Assembly: GCA_051362555.1 (NCBI GenBank)
Contig: CM120641.1
Coordinates: forward strand, 46,506,401 to 46,570,400
Direction: 5' to 3'
DNA length: 64,000 nucleotides
Origin: Lingula anatina
Taxonomy: Eukaryota; Animalia; Brachiopoda
Shown: positions 1 to 13,103 of the stretch, piece by piece
Layout of the letters: every line of letters begins with the position of its first letter
Position numbering within the stretch: the first letter of the stretch is position 1
Notes under the pieces: model-generated
The model's input: only the letters and a program-made list of their open reading frames with translations
Told to the model about the DNA's origin: nothing
Database searches by the model: none
Translations under genes and position numbers: made by a program

Positions 1-3000
1 TCCACCTCAAACAACTGCCCAGGTAGGATGCACTTATCAAAATAACATGCTTCAAGGCTGTCATGAATGTTGATTTGGTCTGTTTATGTTCTGTCAGTTA
101 GTTTTTGTGATAAGGAACAAATTATGTGCTCTGTAATGTATAGACACGGCAAAATATGGGCATTAGCAGAGGCTTTGAAAAGGACAGTGCTTAGTCTTAA
201 TACTATCATGTTCTCATATTGGTTACAATACTTTTGAAATGTCTACATATGTCTGTTTACCAGTGAGCCATCCTATGAGGCAGAGTTCCTCCACTTCATG
301 CGTGGCAAGGAGGGTCTGATGACAGAGGGGCTTCCCAGTGTGGAGGGACTGCAGCCGGAGACTGTGCAGGCCATGGTCAGGCTGGCCAAACTACCCGCCT
401 TCAGGGGGATCATGGCTAAGGTCAACAAGAACCCGGTTAGTGGCATGAAGTTGACCTCTTCTTGGGCAATAAGACACGTTTTTGGATTACTAGTAATGCA
501 GAGAAACAGGAGAGGGGGGGAAATGTGGAATAAATTTCCATAGGGAAAAGTAATGATTTTAAAATGTTCTTTTATTTCAAGGGCATGATGATTCCTGATA
601 ATGTAATCGAAGTCAGCAATGTTTATAACCATATTCTTAAATTTTAATTGAAAGTTTGAAATATTTAATTACTCGATGTATTGTTTTTTCTCAGGATTTC
701 TTTGCCTGGTTGAAGACAGTCTCTCCAGAACATGATGTCCCAGTAATATGGGATGAAGGAACTCCACTCAGTAAGTGGTCATAAACATTTCATGAAATCC
801 ATGTCTCTAACAGATACATAATAGACAGAAACCAAGTAATTCATGAAACACATGCTTGTAATAGATATTTTCATGAAACATATGTCTGTAAGGTATATAC
901 CATGAAAAGCACTTGTAACAAATGCCTATAGGAAAAATTCAAGTACCAACAAATACTGCATATTAGTTTTTGAATTTCGTGACGAGTGAATGATTTTATC
1001 AACTTTAAATAATGCTATTCAGTTTTAATTGTGCAAAGGTAAATTGGATAGTTGCATTATTTTTGGAAATTGTATGATTTAATTTTTATATTTTAAATCC
1101 CATTCTCTGTATTTTGTAGGTAGTATAGGCAATGCCCTGTACCAGATGTTGGTCATCCAGACCTTCCGACCTGACCGTCTGCTGGCCATGGGGCACACCT
1201 TTGTTGTCACGGTGATGGGGAATATGTTCTTCCATGATATAGAACAGGAGGTCAACCTGGCTGCCATTGTGGAGAACGAGGTGAGAGGATTTCTCTTGCT
1301 TCTAGAATTCTTATTGATGGGTTGTTTGAATGTATAAACACTAAATTTTTTCCTTGATGGTGTAAAAATTTTTGATTTTTTGATCTAAATTTTTTTTCCA
1401 AAATATTAAAGATATTTTTATTTTTGGACCATAATTTTTATTCTGAAAAAAAAAAAATTAAAATACATTTTTATTTAATTATTATTTTTTTTAAATTTAG
1501 TTAAATTGAAATTAATTTGTAATTAAAATTTCCAAAAAGTGGTTTTTAATTTAGTAGTGGTGTTATTGTTCCTCAATGTTCATTTGTTGTTCCATGCACA
1601 AGTTTGCTACATGAAGTTTTAGATTTTCTTTCTTATATACCATCTTTATTGTACCATCATCTTCTCCCCCAGATCCGTGCTAACACCCCTATCCTGCTGT
1701 GCTCAGTACCAGGCTATGATGCCAGTGGTAGAGTGGACGACCTGGCCGCTGAACTCAACAAACCAGTCTCTTCTATTGCCATAGGTAGATAAGTCAACAA
1801 TTTGAAATTGTGAAGCATGAGTGGAGGAGTAAAACTATTACTTTTCTCTTAAATTTTGATCACCTTAATTATTGAAATTGCCAGACTTCGCCAAACGTGT
1901 GGTTTAGATTACAGTAAGACTATTTAGAACTGGTTAATTTGTCCAAGTTACATGAAAATTTCAGTGAATATCAAAGAAAAAAATCCACTCCACAAAATTT
2001 ATGTGAGATAAACTATAATTCAAATTTTAAGGTAATTAGTAATGTGAAGTAAAAATCCATCATTTACACATTTGTATCCTCGTGTCAGGCTCTGCTGAAG
2101 GTTTTGATGAGGCGGCCAAGGTGATCAACTCAGCATCCAGGGCAGGCAAGTGGGTGATGTTGAAGAATGTCCACCTGGCTCCAGGATGGCTGGTACAGCT
2201 GGAGAAGAAACTTCACAGCCTACAGCCACACCCCAACTTCAGACTGTTCCTCACCATGGAGATCAATCCTAAGGTATTTTACACTGGTGAAGGTGATGCT
2301 GAGCATGTATAGTTGTGATTAGGGGTTTTCCCTGGATTTGGGGCACAGGGAGTTCAAATTCTGTGTTTGGTCTCAGATTTACGAACCAATGGTAAACCAA
2401 CCTTTCATTTTCCAGAAATTTCATCTTTGAAAATATAGCCCATCTTTTGAGGCCAGTGGCAGTCCAAATGACAGTTCTCAGGGCCTTATTTGGTTTAAAT
2501 ATTCATTTAATCTCTGTTATTTTTTTGTATATATATCAGGCTCTGACTTGAGGGCTTAATATTTTCAGCTACCAGTGAACCTGCTGCGTGCTGGGCGTAT
2601 CTTTGTGTTTGAGCCACCTCCAGGAGTGAGAGCCAACTTATTGAGGACCTTCAGTACTGTACCCTCAGTGCGCATGGGCAAGGTAGGGCAATGTAGAAAA
2701 CAAAACTTTTACATCAAAGCATAGTGGAAAAAGTACCTATGATCTCTTTATCAATAAGGTTGTTCATGTTTCCAAGGAATTGTATTTACTAACATTTTAG
2801 TGATAGTAATCATTTACTCTGGAACAAAAAAATCCCTGTAATCCCTTCTTCCTTAAAAGCAATTGAAGTATTTTATATGAATCAAATATTGTAGAAAATG
2901 TAAGACATCACTTTTATTTAAAGTTGATTTTAAGATTAATTTTCATTATCAGGATAATATATTTGTCAGTCTTTTACTCTGATCAATGAAAATTCTGTTA

Positions 3001-6000
3001 CTGTAAAAAAATATATCTATTTAAAAAATCATCATAATATTTTACACCATTTTCACCAGGCTCCCAGTGAGAGAGCTCGTCTGTACTTCCTCCTGGCCTG
3101 GTTCCATGCTATAGTCCAGGAGAGGCTGACCTACGTCCCCCTGGGATGGTCCAAGAAGTATGAGTTTAACGAGTCTGACCTGAGGTGTGGCTGTGACACC
3201 ATTGATACCTGGGTGGACATGGTGGCAATGGTAAGTACTAGGCACAAGACCAGTTGTCCACTGTCTGTGAGACATTAAAAATCATAAATTAGGTAAAAGA
3301 ATCTTTGTAAATATGCATATCCAAACAAAACACAAGTATGTTTCTTATGTTAAAAGCAATGACAAAATTACACTCTGTGGTCTCTGCCTCTGAGATTTCC
3401 TGACAAGTATTACTGAGGCGCAGCTGATTTGAAAAGTATATATTTTTCAATGTTCAATGTTATGATTATAATTTCTGTTATGTGCATATAAACTTTTGAT
3501 ATAATATATGCCATCAATATAAAGAAGCTCTATTGTAGACAGATGCACCTCTGAAGCAGTCATAAAGCATGTGTATAAAAATCAGCACTGTACACTGTGT
3601 CTCATATTCATGATTCTCTGTAACTGTAGGGCCGCAGTAACCTTCCCCCAGAGAAGATCCCATGGGACGCCCTAAGGATCCTTCTGTCCCAGTGTATCTA
3701 TGGCGGCAAGATTGACAATGACTTTGACCAGCGCCTCCTCAACTCCTTCCTGAACAAGCTGTTCACACCCAAGAGTTTTGATGCGGACTTCCCCCTGGTA
3801 ACTGCAGCAGAGGCTGGCAAAGCTATCACCATGCCTGATGGCATCAGGTCAGTACTAATTGTTGTATATATTTTCTTTTACTTAGTATTATATTTTCATT
3901 GAGTTTGTTGTATAAAAGTGAGATGTAATGTGAAGTGTGAAATTTGTGAATTTGTAAATCTGGTTCCTTCTTTTGTCACATTGCTAATTGAATTCATTTG
4001 TATTATTTTATTATCTTCGTTAAAAAAAAAAGAATACAAAACAGGAGGAAGTTCACCAATATTTAATAACCTTGTCATTGCACTAACATATATGATATAC
4101 ACATCCATATGATGCTTTAACTCTTAGTATATCTGTCTTACAGACGTGAGCAGTTTGTCCAGTGGTCAGATAACAGGACAGAGCTCCAGACCCCCTCATG
4201 GCTGGGACTGCCCAACAATGCTGAGATTGTCCTCCTCACTAACCAAGGTAAATATTATCAGTAGTGTCCTAATTATATAACATCAAAACTCTTTATGGGA
4301 TTAGTGCTAATCCATATTGAAAATTGGACTTTCAGTTTCATTTCAGTGTATCAGTGTTCATTTCTGAAATCTGGACCTTTAATTGTTACTGGATATCATT
4401 CACTTAGTCATCCTGAAAGAATGTTCCTAAAACTGTGTTGTAAAGTTGATTAATTACTGATATTACTTGCTTTCAGGCTCTGACCTTGTGAACAAGATGC
4501 TGAAGATGCAGCTCCTGGAAGATGATGAGGAGTTGGCGTACGGAGGGGTGGAGGAAAAGAAGAAGAAGGAAGCAGACGGCAGACCTGCCTGGATGAGAAT
4601 ACTGCACAACTCTGTGGTCAACTGGTTCAAACTGGTTCCTAAGGTGAGAGAAACGTGTTCAAGGAGAGAGAAACTGATTTCCAGAGTGTATGAGGACATT
4701 GTTAGTTTGCTCTGAAATAAAACTGCAGGCTTTTCTGGGGGAAGGGGGGTATGCATTGAGATAAACAAAAGAACTTGCTGAGGGCTATGGTGGAATATCT
4801 TACAAGCTTTTTATTTTATCTTTTTTTTTTCTCCTTTTGGAACCCCAACTCTGTATTTTCTTTGAGAAACCAACCAGGTAAATTTCAAATGCGTGACAAA
4901 TTTTATACAATTTTTCAGAAACTTAATATCTTGCGCAGAACAGCAGAGAACATCAAAGACCCGCTCTTCCGCTTCTTTGAGCGCGAGGTCAACACGGGTG
5001 CACGCCTTCTTCAAGACATGCGCCGTGACATGGATGACATTATGCTGATTTGCCAAGGTCAGAAAAAACCAACCAATCATCACAGATCAATGATGAGTGA
5101 CCTGCCAAAGGGTATGTGAAAAAACAATTTGATTTCAACTTTTCTTCATTGAATTCATGATAAAATGACACCAATTTATTGAATATTTAGCAATAATGTT
5201 GATCCTTTTGCTGTCATTGTGTTCAACTCAAAAAAAGTTTAAAGTATAGGTGATGTAACTCTTTAACAAGGAAAATGTAATACCAGTTCAAACTGAAATT
5301 GGTTATTCCTCTCATGTTGGACTAAGATTATGCATAATCGTTATGGCAGTACATAGTTATGTTAAATCAAAATAATATCCTATTCACCAGGCATAATCCC
5401 ATTATCATGGAAGCGTTACACAGTGCCCAGTGGTATGACAGTGATAGAGTGGATCACAGACTTCAGTGAGAGGATCAAACAGCTCCAGGCCATCTCTGCT
5501 GCCTCACAGTCTGGAGGAGCCATGGAGCTGAAGGTAAGATGGGGATTTTTTAGCCTTTTTTTTCTAGACATTTACTTGAAATTACCACTTTCTGTAAGGC
5601 AGAAATGCAGGTAGTGGATGGATTTTTTCTTTAATTAGACTTATAACTCCCTAAAGTTGAATATTTTGGAAATATGAATGCATTTTGTGGTTTTACGTTT
5701 TAAAATTTCAATCTGATATTTATAAGGGGATGTGGTATTAAACTGCCCCAAAGGAAATTTAATTTTGGTTTAAAGAACTGTTTATCACAATTAGGCTAAT
5801 AAAAAGAAATTGAAATTTAGGTTCTTTGAACATCAAAGAAAACTTTTGGGGGACTATTTCTTTTGCCTCTGTATAGCTTGAGTTTCGTTCAGTGTCCATC
5901 TGCTGATACACTCCTAAGTTTCTTCCTGTTAGTTTTTAATATTTATTTAATTCCAGAACTTCACTGTGTGGTTAGGAGGGTTGTTTATACCAGAGGCCTA

Positions 6001-9000
6001 TATCACAGCCACCAGACAGTATGTAGCCCAGGCCAACAGCTGGTCTCTGGAGGAGCTTTACCTGCAGGTAAGTGTGTAGAAAATAGTGTGTAGAAAATAG
6101 CTGGTCTCTGAAGGAGCTCTACCTGCAGGTTAGTGTGTAGAAAATAGTGTAAATGCAGCTTGTCTCTGGAGGAGCTCTACCTGCAGGTAAGTGTGTTGAG
6201 AACTGTGGAAAATGGCAGGTCTTTGAAGAAAATCTACCTGCCGGTTTGTCTGAAATGTGGCTTATGCCTGAATCTGCCAGTAGTTTGCTTACACTACACG
6301 TTTACACTTTTTCTTTATATTTTACAGTGTCTATTCCATTCCCTTCCAATAATTTCATTATATACTTGAAAGCGTGTTTCTGTAGATGTACTTTTTATGT
6401 ACAGACACAGATGTGTCTGTACATATTGCCATCACCTGCGTCTGTCGTCGCCGTCGCCGTCCCTGTTGCCGTCCCTGTCGCCGTCGATGTCGCCGTCGCC
6501 GTCGCCGTGCACTTTCATCGTTAACACGATAAGTGGAAGACAGTTTTACTTTTTGGCTTTATATTTACAGAGCTGATGAATATTCATAAAACGCAGGTCA
6601 AGTTCGAAAATCAGCATGTTTGGGCAATTATTGTAGTATTTATGCTGTGTTTTCACTTTTTAGCATATATGCAACACTGTTAACACATTTCAAGGAAAAC
6701 CGATAGGCCTGTTGTCATGAAACTCACAGGAGTAATTAATCTTTCTAAAACGCAGATCAAGTTCGAAAATCGGCATGATCGGGCCACTATTTTAGTAGTT
6801 ATGCTGTTTTTTTCACTTTTCAGCATATGTGCAACACTGTTAACACATTTCAAGGAAAACCGATAGACCTGTTGTCATGAAACTCACAGGAGTAATTAAT
6901 CTTACTAAAATGCAGGTCAAGTTCGAAAATCAGCATAATCAGGCCATTATTTTATAAGTTATGCTGTTTTTAAACATTTCCTCAGATTCAATTCTTAGGC
7001 ATGTTAACAGTCTCATTATTTAACTAATAAGATACGTAAAAGTTTTTGTTTGACATTTCCTGCATCTTTACAACATTGTTAGTTGATTTTGTAAAAATGA
7101 TGGTAAACTTGTTATCGTGTATTGTGTAATAAAGTTTCAAAAATGGAAATAAACTCATATCATTGCAGTTTGTCAGATTCAATCATTCACTATGTTCAGA
7201 ATCTCAGAATGGAAGAAATTGGTCATTTAACACTGCTCTATTGATATTTTTCCCATCTCATCAATTTTCTTAGTTGATCATATAAAAATGGCAGTAAACT
7301 GTTAATTTTGTTTTATGTTAAAAAATGTTAAAAATGGAAAAAAAAAAACATTTCAGAACAGTGCTGTCTTGTTTACATTTTGGCATTTTCAAGTTGTGAC
7401 TTTGAAGTTCCATGGGCCTGAAGACCTTTGCTAGTCACATTTTCTGAATATCCATGATACTAATATTTTATTATTAAAAATTGATGGTCATTATGCTGTT
7501 AAACATTATGTAATATTGCATCAAAATTTGGAAAAAAATATTTTGGGCACTGCTACCATGATGACCATTTAAGTAAAATCATGTCACTTACTGTTCTCAA
7601 ACTTACAGGAAAGAAACATGGGACTAAAATACAGCTTCAGTAGGCAATGCAGTCTGTTTGGTAATTCTTTCTGCTAGTTAAACATTTTTTTTTTAATGAA
7701 AATTTAATTTTTCACATATTGGCATTTTCAAGGTGTGACTTTGAAGTTCCATGGGCTTGAAGACCCATGCTAGTCACATTTTCTGAAAATCCATGATACG
7801 TATATTTTATTATTAAAAATTGACGGTCATTATGCTGTTAACCATTATGTAATATTGCATCAGAATAAAAGAAAACACAATTTTGGGTGCTGCTGCCATA
7901 ATGACCATTATGGGAAAACCATGTTAGTGATGATTGCCAAATGTTCAAAAAAGAAATACAGGACTAAAATGCAGCCTGAGTTGGAAAAGCAGTCTAATTG
8001 GCTTCTTTTTCTGGAAGTTATACATTTTCAAAGTGTGAACTTGAAATGCCATGGGCCTGAAGCCTTATGTTTGTTACACATTTTACTTACATTAGTATTA
8101 CCTGTTGAGCATAATTAAAATTTGATGTTGAATTTGCAGTTTAACATAATGTACTTTTGCATCAGAATTGACAGTAGCCTATTTTGTGCATAGTTATTTC
8201 CTGCTTTTTGTCTGTACATTTGACAGCTTTGCTGCCTTGTTGTAATGTTGATGACCCTTTAATTTTATAGAACATATTTCTGTTGACGTCTTAAGCATTT
8301 AACTTTTTTTTATAGGTTTAAAGAATGTGGTTTTGTAAGGTTTATCTTCTTTCTGTGCAGGTGTCAGTGTCCAACAAAGGCCAGGACCTGAAGCTGGATG
8401 ACTGTAGTTTTGGAGTGAAGGGACTGAAGCTACAGGGAGCTCTGTGTGAGAACAACAAACTGAAGCTGTCCTCTACCATATCCACTGACCTGCCCCTCAC
8501 TGCCCTGGGCTGGAGAAGGTGAGCTGATAAGACATTTATTTTATTTTATTTTGAAGAAGCCTTTGTGTACTTTATGATATATGATGGATAACGCACCCAC
8601 CATTCGTTACATTTTAACATACTGAAGATTTTCCCACTATATTTCATTGTTTTTTTATTGAATATACTCTCACATGACAAACTTACTGGTTATTTTATTA
8701 AGTTCATTGTTGATACGTATCAATATTGTGATTTAGCTTACAGATTTATCCTAGATGAAGCCCTAAGTTCATGTATGTAATAATAGTAGTAATAATAATA
8801 AAAATAATAATGTAAACCATCCTTGTTTCCAGAATGGAGAGTGGCAAGAAGCCCCAGGGTAAAGTGACCCTGCCTGTGTACCTGAACAGTACCAGGGCTC
8901 AGCTGCTGTTCACCCTGGACTTTGACACCCAGGACACGGGCTCTGGCAGAGATCACAGCTTCTACGAGAGGGGCGTGGCTTTGGTCTGCTCCAATCTCTG

Positions 9001-9001
9001 A
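1..9001 (+). CDS. DYNC1H1: Cytoplasmic dynein 1 heavy chain, 3' part (5'-partial). Exons 1-22, 264-435, 695-770, 1120-1280, 1673-1784, 2089-2273, 2569-2682, 3060-3230, 3630-3847, 4144-4247, 4477-4643, 4919-5111, 5391-5533, 5957-6067, 8361-8518, 8833-9001
   Basis: Spliced translation is collinear with the dynein-1 AAA6/C-terminal region ([103 protein letters not shown]); all introns GT-AG and in frame; AATAAA at 9563-9568. Confidence 0.97.
6040..6200 (+). repeat. Tandem triplication of the 3' end of a dynein exon plus its splice donor
   Basis: ctggtctctggaggagct(t/c)tacctgcagGT(a/t)agtgtgt occurs three times, near 6040, 6101 and 6159. Confidence 0.9.
6392..8241 (+). mobile_element. Non-autonomous Helentron-associated (HINE/DINE-1-like) element in a dynein intron
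   Basis: Starts in a T-run; 14-bp-arm palindrome tatgtacagacaca-ga-tgtgtctgtacata (6396-6425); (gtcgcc)n microsatellite 6445-6508; internal ~128-bp tandem repeats (~6585-6970) and ~340-bp repeats (~7380-8080); subterminal copy tgtctgtacat (8209-8219) followed by a small hairpin gacagc-ttt-gctgcc and TTGTT. Confidence 0.75.
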
Positions 9002-10224
9002 ATTGGCTGATATTGGTTTTGGATTTCCTAACTCCGCACATACAGAATTGACTATTAATGCATATAAACTGAGAGTGCACTGTTGTAATTTGTGAAATCG
9101 TCATTTTGAACTTTGTCTGTGGCTGATTTAATAGACTTGAAAATGCTTTGATTGTAGACATTAATTAGATATTTACCAAAAAAGGGGATTTAAACATTAT
9201 GTAGAACTGAATTAATATATGGTGACTCCAGTGATCAATAATATTTCATGAAATTTGTAGCTTGCAAATGATAACAAGTACATTAATTCTACAAATGAAT
9301 AGAAGGGACACCTGGGGTTGTCTATTCTGCTATGTAAGAAATAGTAAGTCTTTAAGATACAGAACTGAAGAACTGTGCCTAAACGACATGCTTTTGCTGC
9401 TGTTCTGAAATATGTGACACACGTGGTTCCAGTTTGCTGTTTCTCCCACTACATGTAGGCTACATCACGTATTACAGTATACAAATGTCAACATGACGTG
9501 TTAATCCAATTAATAAGGTTGACTGACCTATAATAACGATTTGTTCTGTATTGCATGCACTAAATAAATAGAGTAGAAAAAACGTTGTTAAGAATGAATG
9601 TATGTGAGAATCAAATATTCTGTAAACACTGGGTGTGCATAACTGAACAAAGTGAACAACACAATTTGAAATATTTAATTTCTAATCATTTATAATTTTA
9701 CGTGCAGACCTTATTTTTTAACAGCCGCGATAGTAATTGTTTGTATGACAGTTATTAACTTTATGAATATGCACAAGAACGCGAGGGATTAATGGCTTGC
9801 ATGAAAAATTAACCAAAAGTAGTTGCATGTAGGTCCCGATTTTAAACTATAAAAATGTTTATTCGTAAATACTATACCGATTATATAATGATACAATATA
9901 AAGATTGCAAAAAAATACGCCTTCAAAGAAAATAATAGAAGGAAGTTTTATCAGGATTTTATACTATAAAAAAGTTTATTAATGCTATACTGATAATATA
10001 TTTATAAAATATGCTTAACGTCAGTCTCATCCCTAAACAAGACATTGTCGATATCGTCTTACTGTCAACGGCAGGGCTAATATAGAGGCATGGACGGAAA
10101 TATAGGGGAAAACACCGACCCCCTAAGTGTTGCGATTTGCACAAATCAACTGCAAGATCAACAGTCGACAACGTTTGCGCGCATATTGACAAAGTCTGGC
10201 CTCTGAAGTAATTGAACATGAGCA

Positions 10225-13103
10225 CTATTTTTTATGTACAGGCACAGATGTCACCTGCGTCTGTCGTCGCCATTTACCTTTCAGAATCATGAGGATAATA
10301 AAATCCCCCACTTCGAATAACGTGAGAACGCTGGCTCCAAGGATGAGTCCTAACGCCCCTCCAATGTCACACCCGAGTGTGAACGCGTTGTAGGCTTGGT
10401 ACTGCTCTCTTCTCTCGTATGAAATTTCCTGGAAGAATATATCGAGTTGAACAAAGTTTTTCTTATACTTGTCGACTTTCGTTTCATTTGTTGCGGTGGC
10501 GCTGTTGTAGGCGTGGTAATCCGCGATTGGTGCTTGAGACAAACTGACTTCGTACTTGATGGATTCACACGCTACTGGACATGTATGGCTGCACTGCCCC
10601 CTTTCCTGGATGAACAAATTATAATTCGGTGTGTAGCAGTTGAACAACCGTTCAGGGTCACAGAAACGTGCTCTGGGTCCTTGATGATGTTTAAACTTTA
10701 AAAATCGAACGCACTGACATTTCTTTTCCATGTACTCGTAGAGGCATTCCAGTCGGCACGCAGACTGAGAGTAGACGGCGTGATGTTTCAGTTTAATGTC
10801 CCTGTTACACTTCCCCCACTGTGACGTGTCGAGGTTACTAATCTGGAAATGAAGGCAATACCAGTATAAATGTTTGACTTGTTTTTCTCATTCACAAAAC
10901 TAAATATAAATGCCAATTTGTCAGCATTTACATTTATTCCTTTTTGTCTCTTTATTTATTCATTCATTCATTTAATTATTTATCCAATTATTTGTTGAAT
11001 GGTGTTGTTTTCATCATATTAATACTATTCGTAAAGTCGTTTGAAAGACTTCGGCAGAATCTTAAAATAATTGAATATTTAAAAAACGCACTTTAAGAAT
11101 TATAATTAATATCTTAGTCCAAGGAACTAACTACAGCAAAATACAAATTTGGTTTTAATCTGCTTGTGTACAATAAGCTGTTCTGTAGTCATGTGTGCAA
11201 TTAGATTTCCAACTCTGATTCGGTAAAATGTTGCATTTAACACTACACTAGTACCTACGTTGATCATCTTAAGTCCAACTAAAGTATGCATTCCGGCGCC
11301 CACTGAGAATCCCATATCAGTGATCAACGGCGGTTCTCGAGGATCGTGGACCATCACCTGAAAGGAATACAGGATCTGCCTTCACTTTGGCGTGAAAGAG
11401 GCGGAGAGACCATTACAGGATTAAGCTGTCTTTCTTCCGTGTCATATTTAGGCCGTGGGCCAACTAGCACTCGGCTTTTCTCATTCTGAATGGTCCCATT
11501 TATGGGTTTGGAAGACCCATCCACGTGTCTGGGTTCTCTGAAGCTTATTAAGTCATTTGGGCAGTACCATACCTCTTAGCAACATTTTAGGATTCTTGCA
11601 AACTGTTGCTGCAAATACGCAAATGAGGCACTGTTTTAAATTTGAAAGAATATGAAGACTCGCAAACATTTTTTTATTGCAACAACGTGCAAATACCTTA
11701 ATGCAAACTGTTTATTTTGCTGAAAATTTGCTGCAAGCTTTTCATTTTACGAAAGGATATATTTCATGTGTATTCACAGGAGGAATTTCGACTGTTTCAA
11801 GTGTTTTTTTTTCTTTTTTTTTTTTCAAATGTTTTGCCTCAAAGTTGATCACATGCCTGGTTGTACCAAATAAAACTATCAATCCATTAAGAAATATATA
11901 TTTCAAGTACAATTACCTTGAAACCAGCTCCTTTTCCTGCAAAGCCCCTGAAATAGTCGGCCTGTTGGACATCCAACGTCAACTGGAGCCCGAAGAGACT
12001 ACCGCTGCTGTCGCTCTCCAACCGTTTCTTATCTCTTAATTCTATTAAATTAAAGCATTGAATAATTAAATGCTTTAATTTAATAGAATTAAATGCTTTA
12101 ATTTTATTAAATTAAAGCATTTAATTATTGAATCTGACTGTTGGGTATTTTTATGCCACTTTTACGGTCGTAGGCATTTTATCACTTTAGCTACAAAATT
12201 AGCAAAATTTTTCAAACTTGAAAAAAGTTATTGACCACTGTCATGTGAAAATAATAAGTAAATCCTACAACTTGCGTAATTAAATGAGATCAAGTGTAGT
12301 GTGTACAGTGTACGTTTCAAATGATCAAAATCACCAAAAAATGGCTGGTTGAATGTATTAGCCCTCCTTACCGTGATTAAAAGAATAACAGACTCCCATA
12401 TCCGTATAGATACGGCTGAAGTTATCCATACTGCACTTTGTTCCGCGCCATATACACTGGAGAATTGGAAAATCCACATTGAAAAAGCGATTACTCATGT
12501 GTTCGATAACTTTGTAAAAAAGATTTAATGGGCAAATTTAGTTTCTGCTGTTTTATAAGTAAACATTCATATAACGGTTGTGCACATTTGTTTTTTATAT
12601 AATATATATGCTTTGTATATAAAGGCATTAAAGATATATACGTTTACCTTTTGAAGAAATGTTTCTGTGTTATTCAGAACCGAGTCCCATTCGAATCTGC
12701 TGTTGTTCAAACCATCAAAATTTTGATCGCCAAGACTAAGTGGGAAATATCTCTCAAACGCTTCCAGTTGCCCCATGTTTCTTGCTGTAAACTTCGAAAT
12801 GGCGTTATAGTTGCATAGGGTGACTGCTGGAAATTTCACGGAACGCGGAATGACAGTGTATGTGTTGACACGAACAGGTCGCGAGGAGTAAAAAATTGTA
12901 CGTTCGTAAATTTGGAATCCCATCAGTAATAAACCACCTAAGAAAAACGCCAGCCATATTATTCGCCGAAGAAAACCCGATTCTTTGCTCACTATTTCTT
13001 GCAGAGCTTGGCAGTTAACACGATCTGCAAATTGCTCTATTGCTGGCGGTGCTTGAACAGAGCTATTGTCAGTTTTGCGCAGGTACGGAGAGGGCGAAAT
13101 CAT
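10225..13103 (-). CDS. ASIC-like DEG/ENaC channel subunit 1 (~460 aa). Exons 13103-12648, 12456-12372, 12041-11917, 11357-11259, 10842-10225
   Basis: Family motifs FPAVTLCNYN, CIWRG..C...F..IYTDMGVCYSFN, GLQLTLDV, GFKVMVH, Cys-rich thumb, LDIFFQEISYE, TM2 CDIGGALGLILGASVLTLFE; exon lengths 456+85+125+99+618=1383 nt keep the frame. Confidence 0.93.

Noticed and set aside
273-5083. Minus-strand ORFs overlapping dynein exons
   Set aside because: Antisense shadows of GC-richer coding exons.
12457-12647. Suspected missing micro-exon (the GH..DMLL segment of ASICs) between channel exons 1 and 2
   Set aside because: The end of exon 1 (LNNTETFLQK|C) aligns to that segment without a gap, so nothing is missing.
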